From an uncultured Clostridia bacterium (GTDB lineage: Bacteria; Bacillota; Clostridia; Oscillospirales; Oscillospiraceae), in the NCBI GenBank assembly GCA_946186375.1, contig CAMHMZ010000009.1, positions 1,419 to 65,418 on the forward strand: DNA of 64,000 nt, read 5' to 3'. Positions within the stretch are counted from its first letter, which is position 1. Every line of letters begins with the position of its first letter. Under the pieces are notes generated by a model that saw nothing but the letters and a program-made list of their open reading frames with translations, was not told where the DNA came from and searched no databases. This document shows positions 28,014-36,200 of the stretch, piece by piece. The position numbers and the translations under genes were made by a program.

Positions 28014-29339
28014 ATGCTGAAAACAGATATCCGTCTCAATACAATTCTCTACGGTCCTCCGGGAACGGGAAAGACTTACAACACTGTTAATTACGCAGTC
28101 GCAATTTGTGAGGGGAAAACCCTCGAAGAAGTTGAAGGTGAGGATTATTCGGACGTTTTTATGCGCTATATTGACTTTAAGAAAAAGGGCAGAATTGTCT
28201 TTACCACATTTCATCAATCCTATGGGTATGAAGAATTTATTGAGGGAATTAAACCCATCACTGATAAGAGCGGCAATATCTCATATGAAATAAAGAACGG
28301 CGTCTTCAGGGATTTCTGTAAAAATGCAGAGAAATTGCTTCAAACCAGCGGCCAGTCGATATTTGACGATATATGGAAAAAGCTTGTAGCTGCTGCCAAA
28401 GAAAATGACGGTAAATATCTTTTCAAACGGAGAACTGGTACAACAATACAGGCCAAATACATTGAGCCAGACAGGTTCAGGGTAGAGTGGAATGGTAATA
28501 CCAATACTCATAATGACTTGACAAAGTCGGCAATTATAAATCAGTGGATGAATCCAAATCCAAAACGTGAGCAGCTAACAGGCGGGGCCCGGTGGTTATT
28601 TGATGCAAGACGGGCAGTGTTGGACGAAATGAAAGAATACGGCTTGCCGACGTTCCAGACGGAAGATGCCTGTGTTTTTATTATTGATGAAATCAATAGA
28701 GGAAATATTTCTAAGATTTTCGGTGAATTGATTACATTGATAGAGGAAGAAAAGCGGGAAGGAAGCGTAGAAGAACTGACGGCAGTGCTTCCGTATTCCA
28801 AAACTGAATTTTCAGTTCCAAGGAATGTCTACATTCTTGGGACAATGAATACTGCTGATCGGTCTATTGCAATTATGGATACAGCTCTCCGCAGAAGATT
28901 TGACTTCGTTGAGATACAGCCTGATCCCGATGTTCTGAGCGGAGTCAAAATTGTTGCGGATGGGATTGAACTGGATGTTGCCAAAATGCTAAAAACCATC
29001 AATTCAAGAATTGAAGTTCTGTATGACAGAGATCATACTATCGGACATGCCTTTTTCATGCCTCTCAGGCAAGACAATTCTATTGATGCATTAGGGTCTG
29101 TTTTCCGTAAGAAAGTGATACCGCTTCTTCAAGAGTATTTTTATGAGGACTACGGAAAAATACAGATGATTCTGGGAGATAATGATAAATCTGATAATAA
29201 GATCAAATTCATAGTAGAAGAGCGTATAGACGGAAGCGTTTTTAGGGGAAAAGTTGATATAAGTGACTTCCCTCCACGGTATTGGATAAACGAGGAGGCG
29301 TTTAACAGCATCGAAAGTTATCAACAGATTATCGGGTAA
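28014..29339 (+). CDS. McrB-like AAA+ (GTPase-type) restriction subunit, atypical architecture
   Basis: Walker A GPPGTGKT at aa 14-21, FHQSYGYEEFIEGIKP, Walker B VFIIDEINRGN at aa 221-231, GTMNTADRSIAIMDTALRRRF. Starts 21 nt after the yhcG-like stop. Confidence 0.85.
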   Translation: MLKTDIRLNTILYGPPGTGKTYNTVNYAVAICEGKTLEEVEGEDYSDVFMRYIDFKKKGRIVFTTFHQSYGYEEFIEGIKPITDKSGNISYEIKNGVFRDFCKNAEKLLQTSGQSIFDDIWKKLVAAAKENDGKYLFKRRTGTTIQAKYIEPDRFRVEWNGNTNTHNDLTKSAIINQWMNPNPKREQLTGGARWLFDARRAVLDEMKEYGLPTFQTEDACVFIIDEINRGNISKIFGELITLIEEEKREGSVEELTAVLPYSKTEFSVPRNVYILGTMNTADRSIAIMDTALRRRFDFVEIQPDPDVLSGVKIVADGIELDVAKMLKTINSRIEVLYDRDHTIGHAFFMPLRQDNSIDALGSVFRKKVIPLLQEYFYEDYGKIQMILGDNDKSDNKIKFIVEERIDGSVFRGKVDISDFPPRYWINEEAFNSIESYQQIIG

Positions 29340-29345
29340 GAGAGC

Positions 29346-30671
29346 ATGGCCAGGAAAACGCTTACAATTCAGGAATACGAAACGATCACTTCCAACGTCC
29401 GCTTTGAAAAGGAGGAGGGCTATCGATATCTTGATCAGGAACACCTTCAGAAACTGGAACAGTTTATCCTCGAATATTCTGAAACTGAGGGTGATACTGA
29501 CGTTCTACAGTTTCTAAAGCCGGGGTTCCATCGGAATGTGGGAAAAGTAATATCTGTCAGCAACTATGTTGGAGTGGTACAGCTCCAGGACGGGCTCTCT
29601 GTTGAAATTCTGCCCAAGGTTCTTATGGGTGAGGATGACAACGCGTATTCCCAAACAAAGCAGGTTTTTTTGCGTATGTTAAAGCACATGCGTGAATATG
29701 ATGGCCGGACTCTGAACTTTGCCAATTTAAAAACAAGCAACACAGATTTGTATGAAATCTTTATCAGTATGTTTGTCAGGGAAGCAAGAGAGCTTGCAAA
29801 GAGAGGGTTAAAATCAGCCTATCTTGAAGAGGAAGATAATTTGTCCTTCTTCAAAGGGAAACTTTCAGTCAACGAGCATATCAAGAAAAACCTGGCACAT
29901 AATGAACGCTTTTATGTTCGTTATGATGAATACAAAGTAAATCGTCCGGAAAACAGGCTGATTAAAGCAACATTGCTTAAACTGCTGTCTTTGAGTGGCA
30001 CGTTCGAGATGCAGAAAGAAATACGGCAAGTTCTCGCAATGTATGACATGGTGGAGCCTTCGCACCATTATCAACGAGATTTTGCACAAGTTTCAATTGA
30101 TAGAAGCACCAGACAATATGAACTGCTAATAGATTGGGCAAAGGTGTTTCTGTTTAATAAAAGCTTTTCAACATTTACTGGCACTACTACAGCAAGAGCG
30201 CTGTTGTTTCCAATGGAGAAAGTGTTTGAGGCATATGTTGCTAAAGAAATGAAAAAACATCTTACACCGGAAGGCTGTATAGTTAGTGTTCAGGAGCAAA
30301 GCTACTGGCTTTTTGACGAGCCTACAAAAAAGTTTGCCCTTCGCCCGGATATTGTAGTGACAATGGAGAATGGGCGAAAGATCATCATGGATACCAAATG
30401 GAAGCGGCTGTCACCTGACAAGAACAATTATGGAATCTCACAAGCTGATTTGTATCAGATGTATGCTTATGCTAAGAAGTATGGAACTGACAATGATACG
30501 CCGGCCGTTTGGCTTTTGTATCCATTAAGCCCAGTAACTGTAAACCTCCAGAATACTGTTTTGAAAAGCAATGATGGTGTGACTGTGCATGTGTTTTTTG
30601 TGGACTGTTCTGAATTAAAAAACGGCTTCCGAATTGTTGACCTCTGTAATAGTATTCGAGAGAACCGTTAG
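29346..30671 (+). CDS. McrC-like nuclease subunit
   Basis: Starts 6 nt after the McrB-like stop. N-terminal ..NYVGVVQLQDGLSVEILPKV.. block. C-terminal PD-(D/E)xK-like RPDIVV....IMDTKWKRL. Confidence 0.7.
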   Translation: MARKTLTIQEYETITSNVRFEKEEGYRYLDQEHLQKLEQFILEYSETEGDTDVLQFLKPGFHRNVGKVISVSNYVGVVQLQDGLSVEILPKVLMGEDDNAYSQTKQVFLRMLKHMREYDGRTLNFANLKTSNTDLYEIFISMFVREARELAKRGLKSAYLEEEDNLSFFKGKLSVNEHIKKNLAHNERFYVRYDEYKVNRPENRLIKATLLKLLSLSGTFEMQKEIRQVLAMYDMVEPSHHYQRDFAQVSIDRSTRQYELLIDWAKVFLFNKSFSTFTGTTTARALLFPMEKVFEAYVAKEMKKHLTPEGCIVSVQEQSYWLFDEPTKKFALRPDIVVTMENGRKIIMDTKWKRLSPDKNNYGISQADLYQMYAYAKKYGTDNDTPAVWLLYPLSPVTVNLQNTVLKSNDGVTVHVFFVDCSELKNGFRIVDLCNSIRENR

Positions 30672-31063
30672 AATACGGCCAATTCTGTCTTCAATATGGT
30701 CTTTGCTGTGAGAAAGCTCGATAAAATCCATAACGCCGAGCTAGGCAGGCACATGCAGCCAATCGCTACGGTAGAACTATTCAACTTCAACGGTGTCGGT
30801 GTTCGATCACATTCGGTATATTTACCTCTTTATCGACCAGACCAATGCGAACTGCTTCAACAACTCACACCTGTGATAGCGTCGTTGATAGCTTTTTGAT
30901 AGCAAAAGTCCGTAGACCCCATGGGTTGAGGATAATGGGAATCAAACGGAGTCACGTCGAGACAAATCCCCTAAACAAAAGCAGTTAAAACCGGGATTTA
31001 CTTGGCGAGTGGGAATAAATCCACATTTGGATTCGCTTGGTTCAGATTCTCTCAAAGCACTTG

Positions 31064-31103
31064 AAACAGCAGGCATTCTACGGAGTGCCTGCTGTTTACT
31101 TTC
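31064..31103 (+). terminator. duplicate of the guaA-like terminator (direct repeat copy 2)
   Basis: Sequence identical to 26799..26838. Confidence 0.6.
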
Positions 31104-31168
31104 ATCTGTTATGATAGCAGGATGATAGCAAAACTGGTAAGAACTATAGTAAAACACCGCTTATTCCC

Positions 31169-31196
31169 TTGTGTTTTTGGCGTTTTATCGTATAAT
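31169..31196 (+). promoter_or_regulatory. duplicated promoter (direct repeat copy 2) with no ORF immediately downstream
   Basis: TTGTGT-16-TATAAT, followed by two terminator hairpins before the sigma-factor gene. Confidence 0.45.
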
Positions 31197-31279
31197 AATA
31201 CAGCGTGGTCTGATAAGATCAATCGTGCTTGTCCCGAGGCCCGTCTCTCTGTTTTCAGGGGGACGGGCTTTTCCTTATA

Positions 31280-31311
31280 CCTTGTCTCACCGTGAGACAA
31301 GGTTTCTTTTT
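31280..31311 (+). terminator. strong intrinsic terminator about 85 nt downstream of an orphan promoter
   Basis: CCTTGTCTCA-CCG-TGAGACAAGG then TTTCTTTTT. Preceded by a second hairpin GCCCGTC..GACGGGC plus TTTT at 31239..31272. Confidence 0.7.
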
Positions 31312-31431
31312 ATGCGCCTGTTGTCTCTTCCCGACCTTTCTTGTGCTCTCAAAGTAAAAATGATAAAATTTTGCAAACCAATGAGATATTTACCCTCCAA
31401 ATCCCTACTTATAGGGTGAGGCGGAAAGGAA

Positions 31432-31998
31432 GTGACGCATTTGGAAGACAGCGAAATCATATCCCTGTTCTATGAGCGCTCGGAACAGGCCATTGCGGAA
31501 CTGGAACGGAAATACGGCGCTGCCGTAAGGAAAACGGCGGCTAATATTCTGTGCAGTAAGCAGGATGTAGAAGAATGTGCAAACGACACCTATTTGGGCG
31601 TTTGGAACTCAATTCCGCCTCAGAAGCCAAACTCCCTGATCGCTTATGTTTGTAAAATTGCCCGCAACCTTGCGACCTGGAAATACCACAGCAACACGGC
31701 GAGCAAGCGCAATGGACAGTATGATCTTGTGCTGGATGAGCTGGAAGAGTGCATACCGTCCTCGGTCAACATAGAAACGGATTACGAGGAAAAAGAGCTT
31801 TCAGCCGCGATCATCCGTTTCCTGGATACGCTCAGCTATGAAGATCGTTTTTGTTTTCTCCGCCGGTATTGGTATGCGGACTCTGTTTCGGATATAGCCG
31901 CCATGACGCACAGCAGCAGCCACCGTATCTCCGTCCGTCTTTTCCGTGCTCGTGAAAGACTTCACCGCTATTTGATAAAGGAGGGTTTGCTCGAATGA
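31432..31998 (+). CDS. ECF-type sigma-70 family RNA polymerase sigma factor
   Basis: GTG start. Region 2 (..DVEECANDTYLGVWNSIP..) and region 4 (..SVSDIAAMTHSSSHRISVRLFRARERL..). ATGA overlap with the next gene. Confidence 0.85.
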   Translation: MTHLEDSEIISLFYERSEQAIAELERKYGAAVRKTAANILCSKQDVEECANDTYLGVWNSIPPQKPNSLIAYVCKIARNLATWKYHSNTASKRNGQYDLVLDELEECIPSSVNIETDYEEKELSAAIIRFLDTLSYEDRFCFLRRYWYADSVSDIAAMTHSSSHRISVRLFRARERLHRYLIKEGLLE

Positions 31999-32870
31999 GA
32001 CGGGAACAGTTATCGCGTGTTCTCTGTAACCTCGATGAACGGCAAATTGCCGAGGCGTATCAGTTCAATCCCGATCTTTGCGGGCGCTCCCCGGAAAGGA
32101 TCGTACACATGAAAAAGAAAAGAATCATTACCTTTGCATTGGCAGCGGCACTTATCTTTTCTCTGGGTATCGCAGCATACGCCACAGGCTTTGTGTCTGC
32201 CATTACAGAACTGGCAAGGAGTTTTTATAAGCCTGTTCCCGATGAAGAAATGAGAAATGAACGTCCGGAAGCTGCTGAATATCATGAAAATTGGAACAGT
32301 CAAATGGATGAATGGATCGAGATCGGTGAAAACTCTGATAAGACAACTCAAAGCGCTGAACTTGAAAATGGAACAGCAATTACACTGACCGAAAACTTTT
32401 ATGATGGCGAAAGACTTGCGCTATCCTACGTGCTTAACAGAGAAAAACCGACTGTTGACTACAGCTTCGGCCCCGATCACGAATACTTTGAGCGCCTGTC
32501 GGAGAGCGAGGGCCTCTGCTGGTATCAGGATTTATCAGAGACGCAGTATCTGGAGATCATGGCAAAGCTGAAGCTGACGGGTAAAGTCGGATTTGTCATT
32601 CGCACCGCGGATGTTGGTGATCATGTTACCCTTGCGGACGGAACCGATATCGGCCCATTTGTCGGCGGAGAGCTTGACGGATACACCGTTCTCGTTCCTC
32701 AAAACGGACTGCCGGATTCGGCAAAAGGGCAGGACAAGCTGGATGTTGTATTTCACGTCAAGACTTATGAGGCATATATCTGGCTTGAAGGCGATAAGGT
32801 CTATTCCTATTATCCGATCGTTGAGGGCATACCTGTCACATTCGAGATAATCAACAACACCGCGGCTTAA
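31995..32870 (+). CDS. putative anti-sigma factor / single-pass membrane protein
   Basis: Translationally coupled to the sigma gene. Short cytoplasmic N-terminus, one TM helix (IITFALAAALIFSLGIAAYA) and an extracytoplasmic domain. Family not recognised with certainty. Confidence 0.6.
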   Translation: MRREQLSRVLCNLDERQIAEAYQFNPDLCGRSPERIVHMKKKRIITFALAAALIFSLGIAAYATGFVSAITELARSFYKPVPDEEMRNERPEAAEYHENWNSQMDEWIEIGENSDKTTQSAELENGTAITLTENFYDGERLALSYVLNREKPTVDYSFGPDHEYFERLSESEGLCWYQDLSETQYLEIMAKLKLTGKVGFVIRTADVGDHVTLADGTDIGPFVGGELDGYTVLVPQNGLPDSAKGQDKLDVVFHVKTYEAYIWLEGDKVYSYYPIVEGIPVTFEIINNTAA

Positions 32871-33091
32871 TTCTGACCGCCAGGATCAATGCCGCGCCCC
32901 TTTCCGGTCCCGCCGCTCACTCGGAGCGGCGGGACTGGCCCGGGGCAGGCTGAGCCTCTGCGTTCGGGATCGCCGAACAGATCCGCTTCAACATCGACGG
33001 CGACAAGGACATGCTCTTCAACCGCAAGGGCGGCAAGTGCATCGCGCTCGGCTCGCCGAAATTCTGATACTCTGCGCAGACAAGCTGAATA

Positions 33092-33130
33092 GGCCCGGCG
33101 AATTCCCCGTGAACTCGCCGGGCTTTTTTC
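33092..33130 (+). terminator. intrinsic terminator after a truncated gene relic
   Basis: GGCCCGGCGA..TCGCCGGGC then TTTTTT. The stem sequence resembles module H2 of the repeat family. Confidence 0.6.
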
Positions 33131-33170
33131 GATCTCCGAGGCAGATCTTTTCAAAAAACCGCGTCGCCTC

Positions 33171-33221
33171 TTGCTTTTTTCGATTAGGTTTGGTACTATT
33201 ATTTTGGTTTACCATAACCAA
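33171..33221 (+). promoter_or_regulatory. promoter of the surface-protein gene plus downstream palindrome
   Basis: TTGCTT-17-TACTAT, then the inverted repeat TTGGTT-TACCAT-AACCAA at 33204..33221. Confidence 0.45.
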
Positions 33222-33263
33222 TGATCCTATTTCGTCTTTTGACGGAAAACAGGAGGAGATCTT

Positions 33264-36200
33264 ATGACAGGGAAAAAGCTTTTCGCCCTGCTGCTGGCGC
33301 TGCTGCTGTGCCTCAGTCTGGTTCCTCTCAGCGCGCTCGCGGAGGGCGAGGTGTACACCGTGACCCTGGACCCCGGCGAGGGAACGGGCGAGCCCGTCAG
33401 CTACCGCTCCGACGAGGGCACGATCGCGGACGATTGGCGCAGCTCCGGCAATTTACAGTTCTTTTACGAAGAAGACGGGGGCCTGGGCTTCCATCTGGGC
33501 AATAACTACTGCCCGGACGGCTTCACCGCCCCGGCGGGACAGGTGTTCAACGGCTGGAGCCCGACGAGCGGCGTAATCAAGCTGGGCAGAACGGAAACCA
33601 CCTTCACCGCCCAGTGGAGAGACGCGGGCTCCGCCGCCATCAGCTTCAGCCCCGACTCCATCACGCTGAGCGCAAATGATTTTGACGCAAACGGCTACGC
33701 AGCACTGAGCTTCGACCTGACGATCGATTTCGGCCCGAACGCAACGTCTGACGCTAATGTTTCAGTTTCGTTTGACGGTGGCGTAGTCTTCAAGGGCAGC
33801 TCACGGATCGCCTGGAAGGTCTCCCAGGCGGATGAGGACACGCAGTCAGATTCGATTAATCAACAGTTCTTTGCCGATTCGGGTTATCGATCCTTCCCCT
33901 TCAAGCTGTATATCGACCCCGCCGCTCTCGCCGCCGCGGAGCCGGGAAGCTATACGGCAACGCCGAATTGTTATCTGTCATGGGATTTTATCGGCGGCAG
34001 CCCCGCCCCCGGGGACGTAGAAATCCCCCTGACGCTGGTGGTGCCGGAGCCCAGTTACCCCATCACGCTGACCTACGACAATGACGGCGGCGCGGTCGGC
34101 GTGGATAAGGAAGAGGCCGCAGCGGGCGAAACGGTCGCCGTCAAGGTCGATCCCTACGACGGTTATACGCTGGGCTCCGTCGCCGTGACCGACGCGGACG
34201 GCAGCCCCGTGACCGTCACGCTCACCGATGCGGACAACGGGATCTATACCTTTGTCATGCCCGCCTCGGCGGCGACCGTGGCCGTGGATTTCCAGGTGAT
34301 CACGGTAGACGCGGTGGTGGACTTCGGCACGGGCCACGAGACCTTCGTCCAGAACCACTTCGGCGGGACCTACGCGGTGGACGGCGCCCGCATCACCGTC
34401 CCCATCCCAAGAGGGGAGAGCCACACGGTGCTGCTCGCCTGGGAAACCCTGGAGGGCAAGCTGCTGGAGCTTCTCTGGGACAACCCCCTCGACAACGGCG
34501 AGAGGCTCTATCAGTATCTGGGCCGCAAGAGCATGGTCGCATACGGCAGCGAGGATGCGCTGAGCGAGGACAAGCGCCTCGCCCGCGACGAGGCCTTTGT
34601 GCCCGGCACCGTGTTCACCGCGCTGTGGGAGCAGCCCGTGCGCAACGCCACCATCACGGTCACCCCGCCCGCCTGCGGCACCGAGGTGCATTATGAGTAT
34701 AAGACCGGCATCTACGTCTGGGCCGTCCCACAGCCGCAGCTCAGCGTCAGCAGCCCCTGCACCTTCCAGGATTATCAGCTCTTCTACAACAGCTGGAGTC
34801 TGAGTGACGAAGAGCACCATTATGGGGTCGGCGACTCCGTCGTCATGACCGGCGGCAACTCCTATACTGCCTACGGCTACCTGGACGCCGGCTTCGGCTA
34901 TCGCATCGATCCGAAGCTCCTCACGGTGGAGGTCGTCGGCGGGACGCTGCTGAGCTTCGGCAACGACTGGACCCGCTTTGAGATCTCCGTGCCCGTGGAG
35001 CATGATATCCCCGACGACGCGGTGCGCGTGGAGCCCACCTGCGCCGAGGAAGGCACGCTGTCCTACCACTGCGACGGCTGCGGCCAGGACGTGGTCGATC
35101 CCATCGAGGCCCTGGGCCACGACTGGGGCGCTCCGACCTACACCTGGGCTGACGACAACAGCACGGTAACTGCCACGCGGGTCTGCTCTCGCGATACGGT
35201 GAATCATGTGGAGACCGAGACGGTGAATGCCGTCGGCGAGGTCACCAAGGCCGCGACCTGCGAGGAGAAGGGCGAGACCACTTATACGGCGACCTTCGAG
35301 AACGAAGCCTTTTCCGCCCAGACCAAGACCGTTGAGGATGTCAAGGCCCTGGGCCACGACTGGGGCGAGTGGACCGAGACGAAAGCCCCCACGGAGACCG
35401 AGGAGGGCGAGGAGACACGTGTCTGCGCCCATGATCCGAGTCACGTGGAGACCCGCGCGATCGCCAAGCTGGAGCCCGCGGCCACGCCGACGCCCACGCC
35501 TACGGCTACCCCGGCTCCCACGGCCACGCCCAAGCCCACGGCCACGCCCGCGCCTACGGCCACGCCCGCGCCTACGGCCACGCCCGCGCCTACGGCCACG
35601 CCCGCACCCACGGCCACGCCCGCACCCACGCCGGAGCCCTCGCCCGAACCCACGCCCGTGCCCACGCCGGAGCCCTCGCCCGAACCCACGCCCGAACCCA
35701 CGCCCGAACCCACGCCCGTGCCCACTCCGGAACCCACGCCCGTACCCACGCCCGTGCCCACGCCCGTGCCCACGCCCGAACCGGAGATCTATACGGTCAC
35801 CGTGAAGGACGACGGGCACGGCACGGCTGAGGCGACCCCGGCCTCCGGCCCCAGCGGCACGAAGGTCGCCCTTACGGCCGAGCCCGACGAGGGCTACAGC
35901 TTCAAGGACTGGGAGGTCGTCTCCGGCGGCGTGACAGTGAAGAATGACAGCTTCACCATCGGTGACGAGGACGTTGAGCTCCTGGCGCTCTTCGAGGCGG
36001 ATTACCGCGTCGTCAGCGGCGCCAACGGCAGCTGGACCAAAAACAGCGGCAAGGACTACACGCTCACTGTCAAGCGCGATGTGGACGACGAGAGCTGCTT
36101 TGCGCACTTTGTCGGCGTCGAGCTCGACGGAGCCGCCCTCTCCGCCGCGGACTACACGGCGAAGGCGGGCAGCACGGTCGTGACGCTCAAGGCCGCCGCG

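Larger units (their letters stand above)
31036..31198 (+). repeat. direct repeat copy 2 (terminator plus promoter module)
   Basis: See copy 1. Contains the same hairpin CAGCAGGCA..TGCCTGCTG and the same TTGTG(C/T)-16-TATAAT. Confidence 0.85.
26760..32880. other. low-GC genomic island (defence cassette plus ECF sigma module) without recognisable integrase
   Basis: Hand counts of single 60-nt lines give 45% at 28021, 47% at 29521 and 32% at 30121, against 80% at 25381. The composition switches right after the guaA-like stop and returns near 32880. Confidence 0.7.

Noticed and set aside
31036-31060. tRNA fragment or att site suggested by GGTTCAGATTC (a T-arm-like string) at the start of the direct repeats
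   Set aside because: The flanking sequence cannot be folded into acceptor or anticodon arms. Copy 1 differs here (GGCTTGAATC), and the resemblance is limited to about 10 nt.
30696-31419. Track ORFs in the non-coding gap of the island (30696..30899, 30942..31157, 31109..31300, 31171..31419)
   Set aside because: They have no RBS, overlap one another on both strands, run through the duplicated terminator/promoter module and have odd compositions. I also tried all reverse frames of 30680-30940 for a recombinase remnant and found only short stop-interrupted stretches.
26760-32880. Classifying the island as an ICE, prophage or transposon
   Set aside because: No frame shows an integrase, transposase, relaxase, or phage structural or replication gene. 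Only the composition shift and the direct repeats are observed, so I call it a genomic island of unknown mobility.
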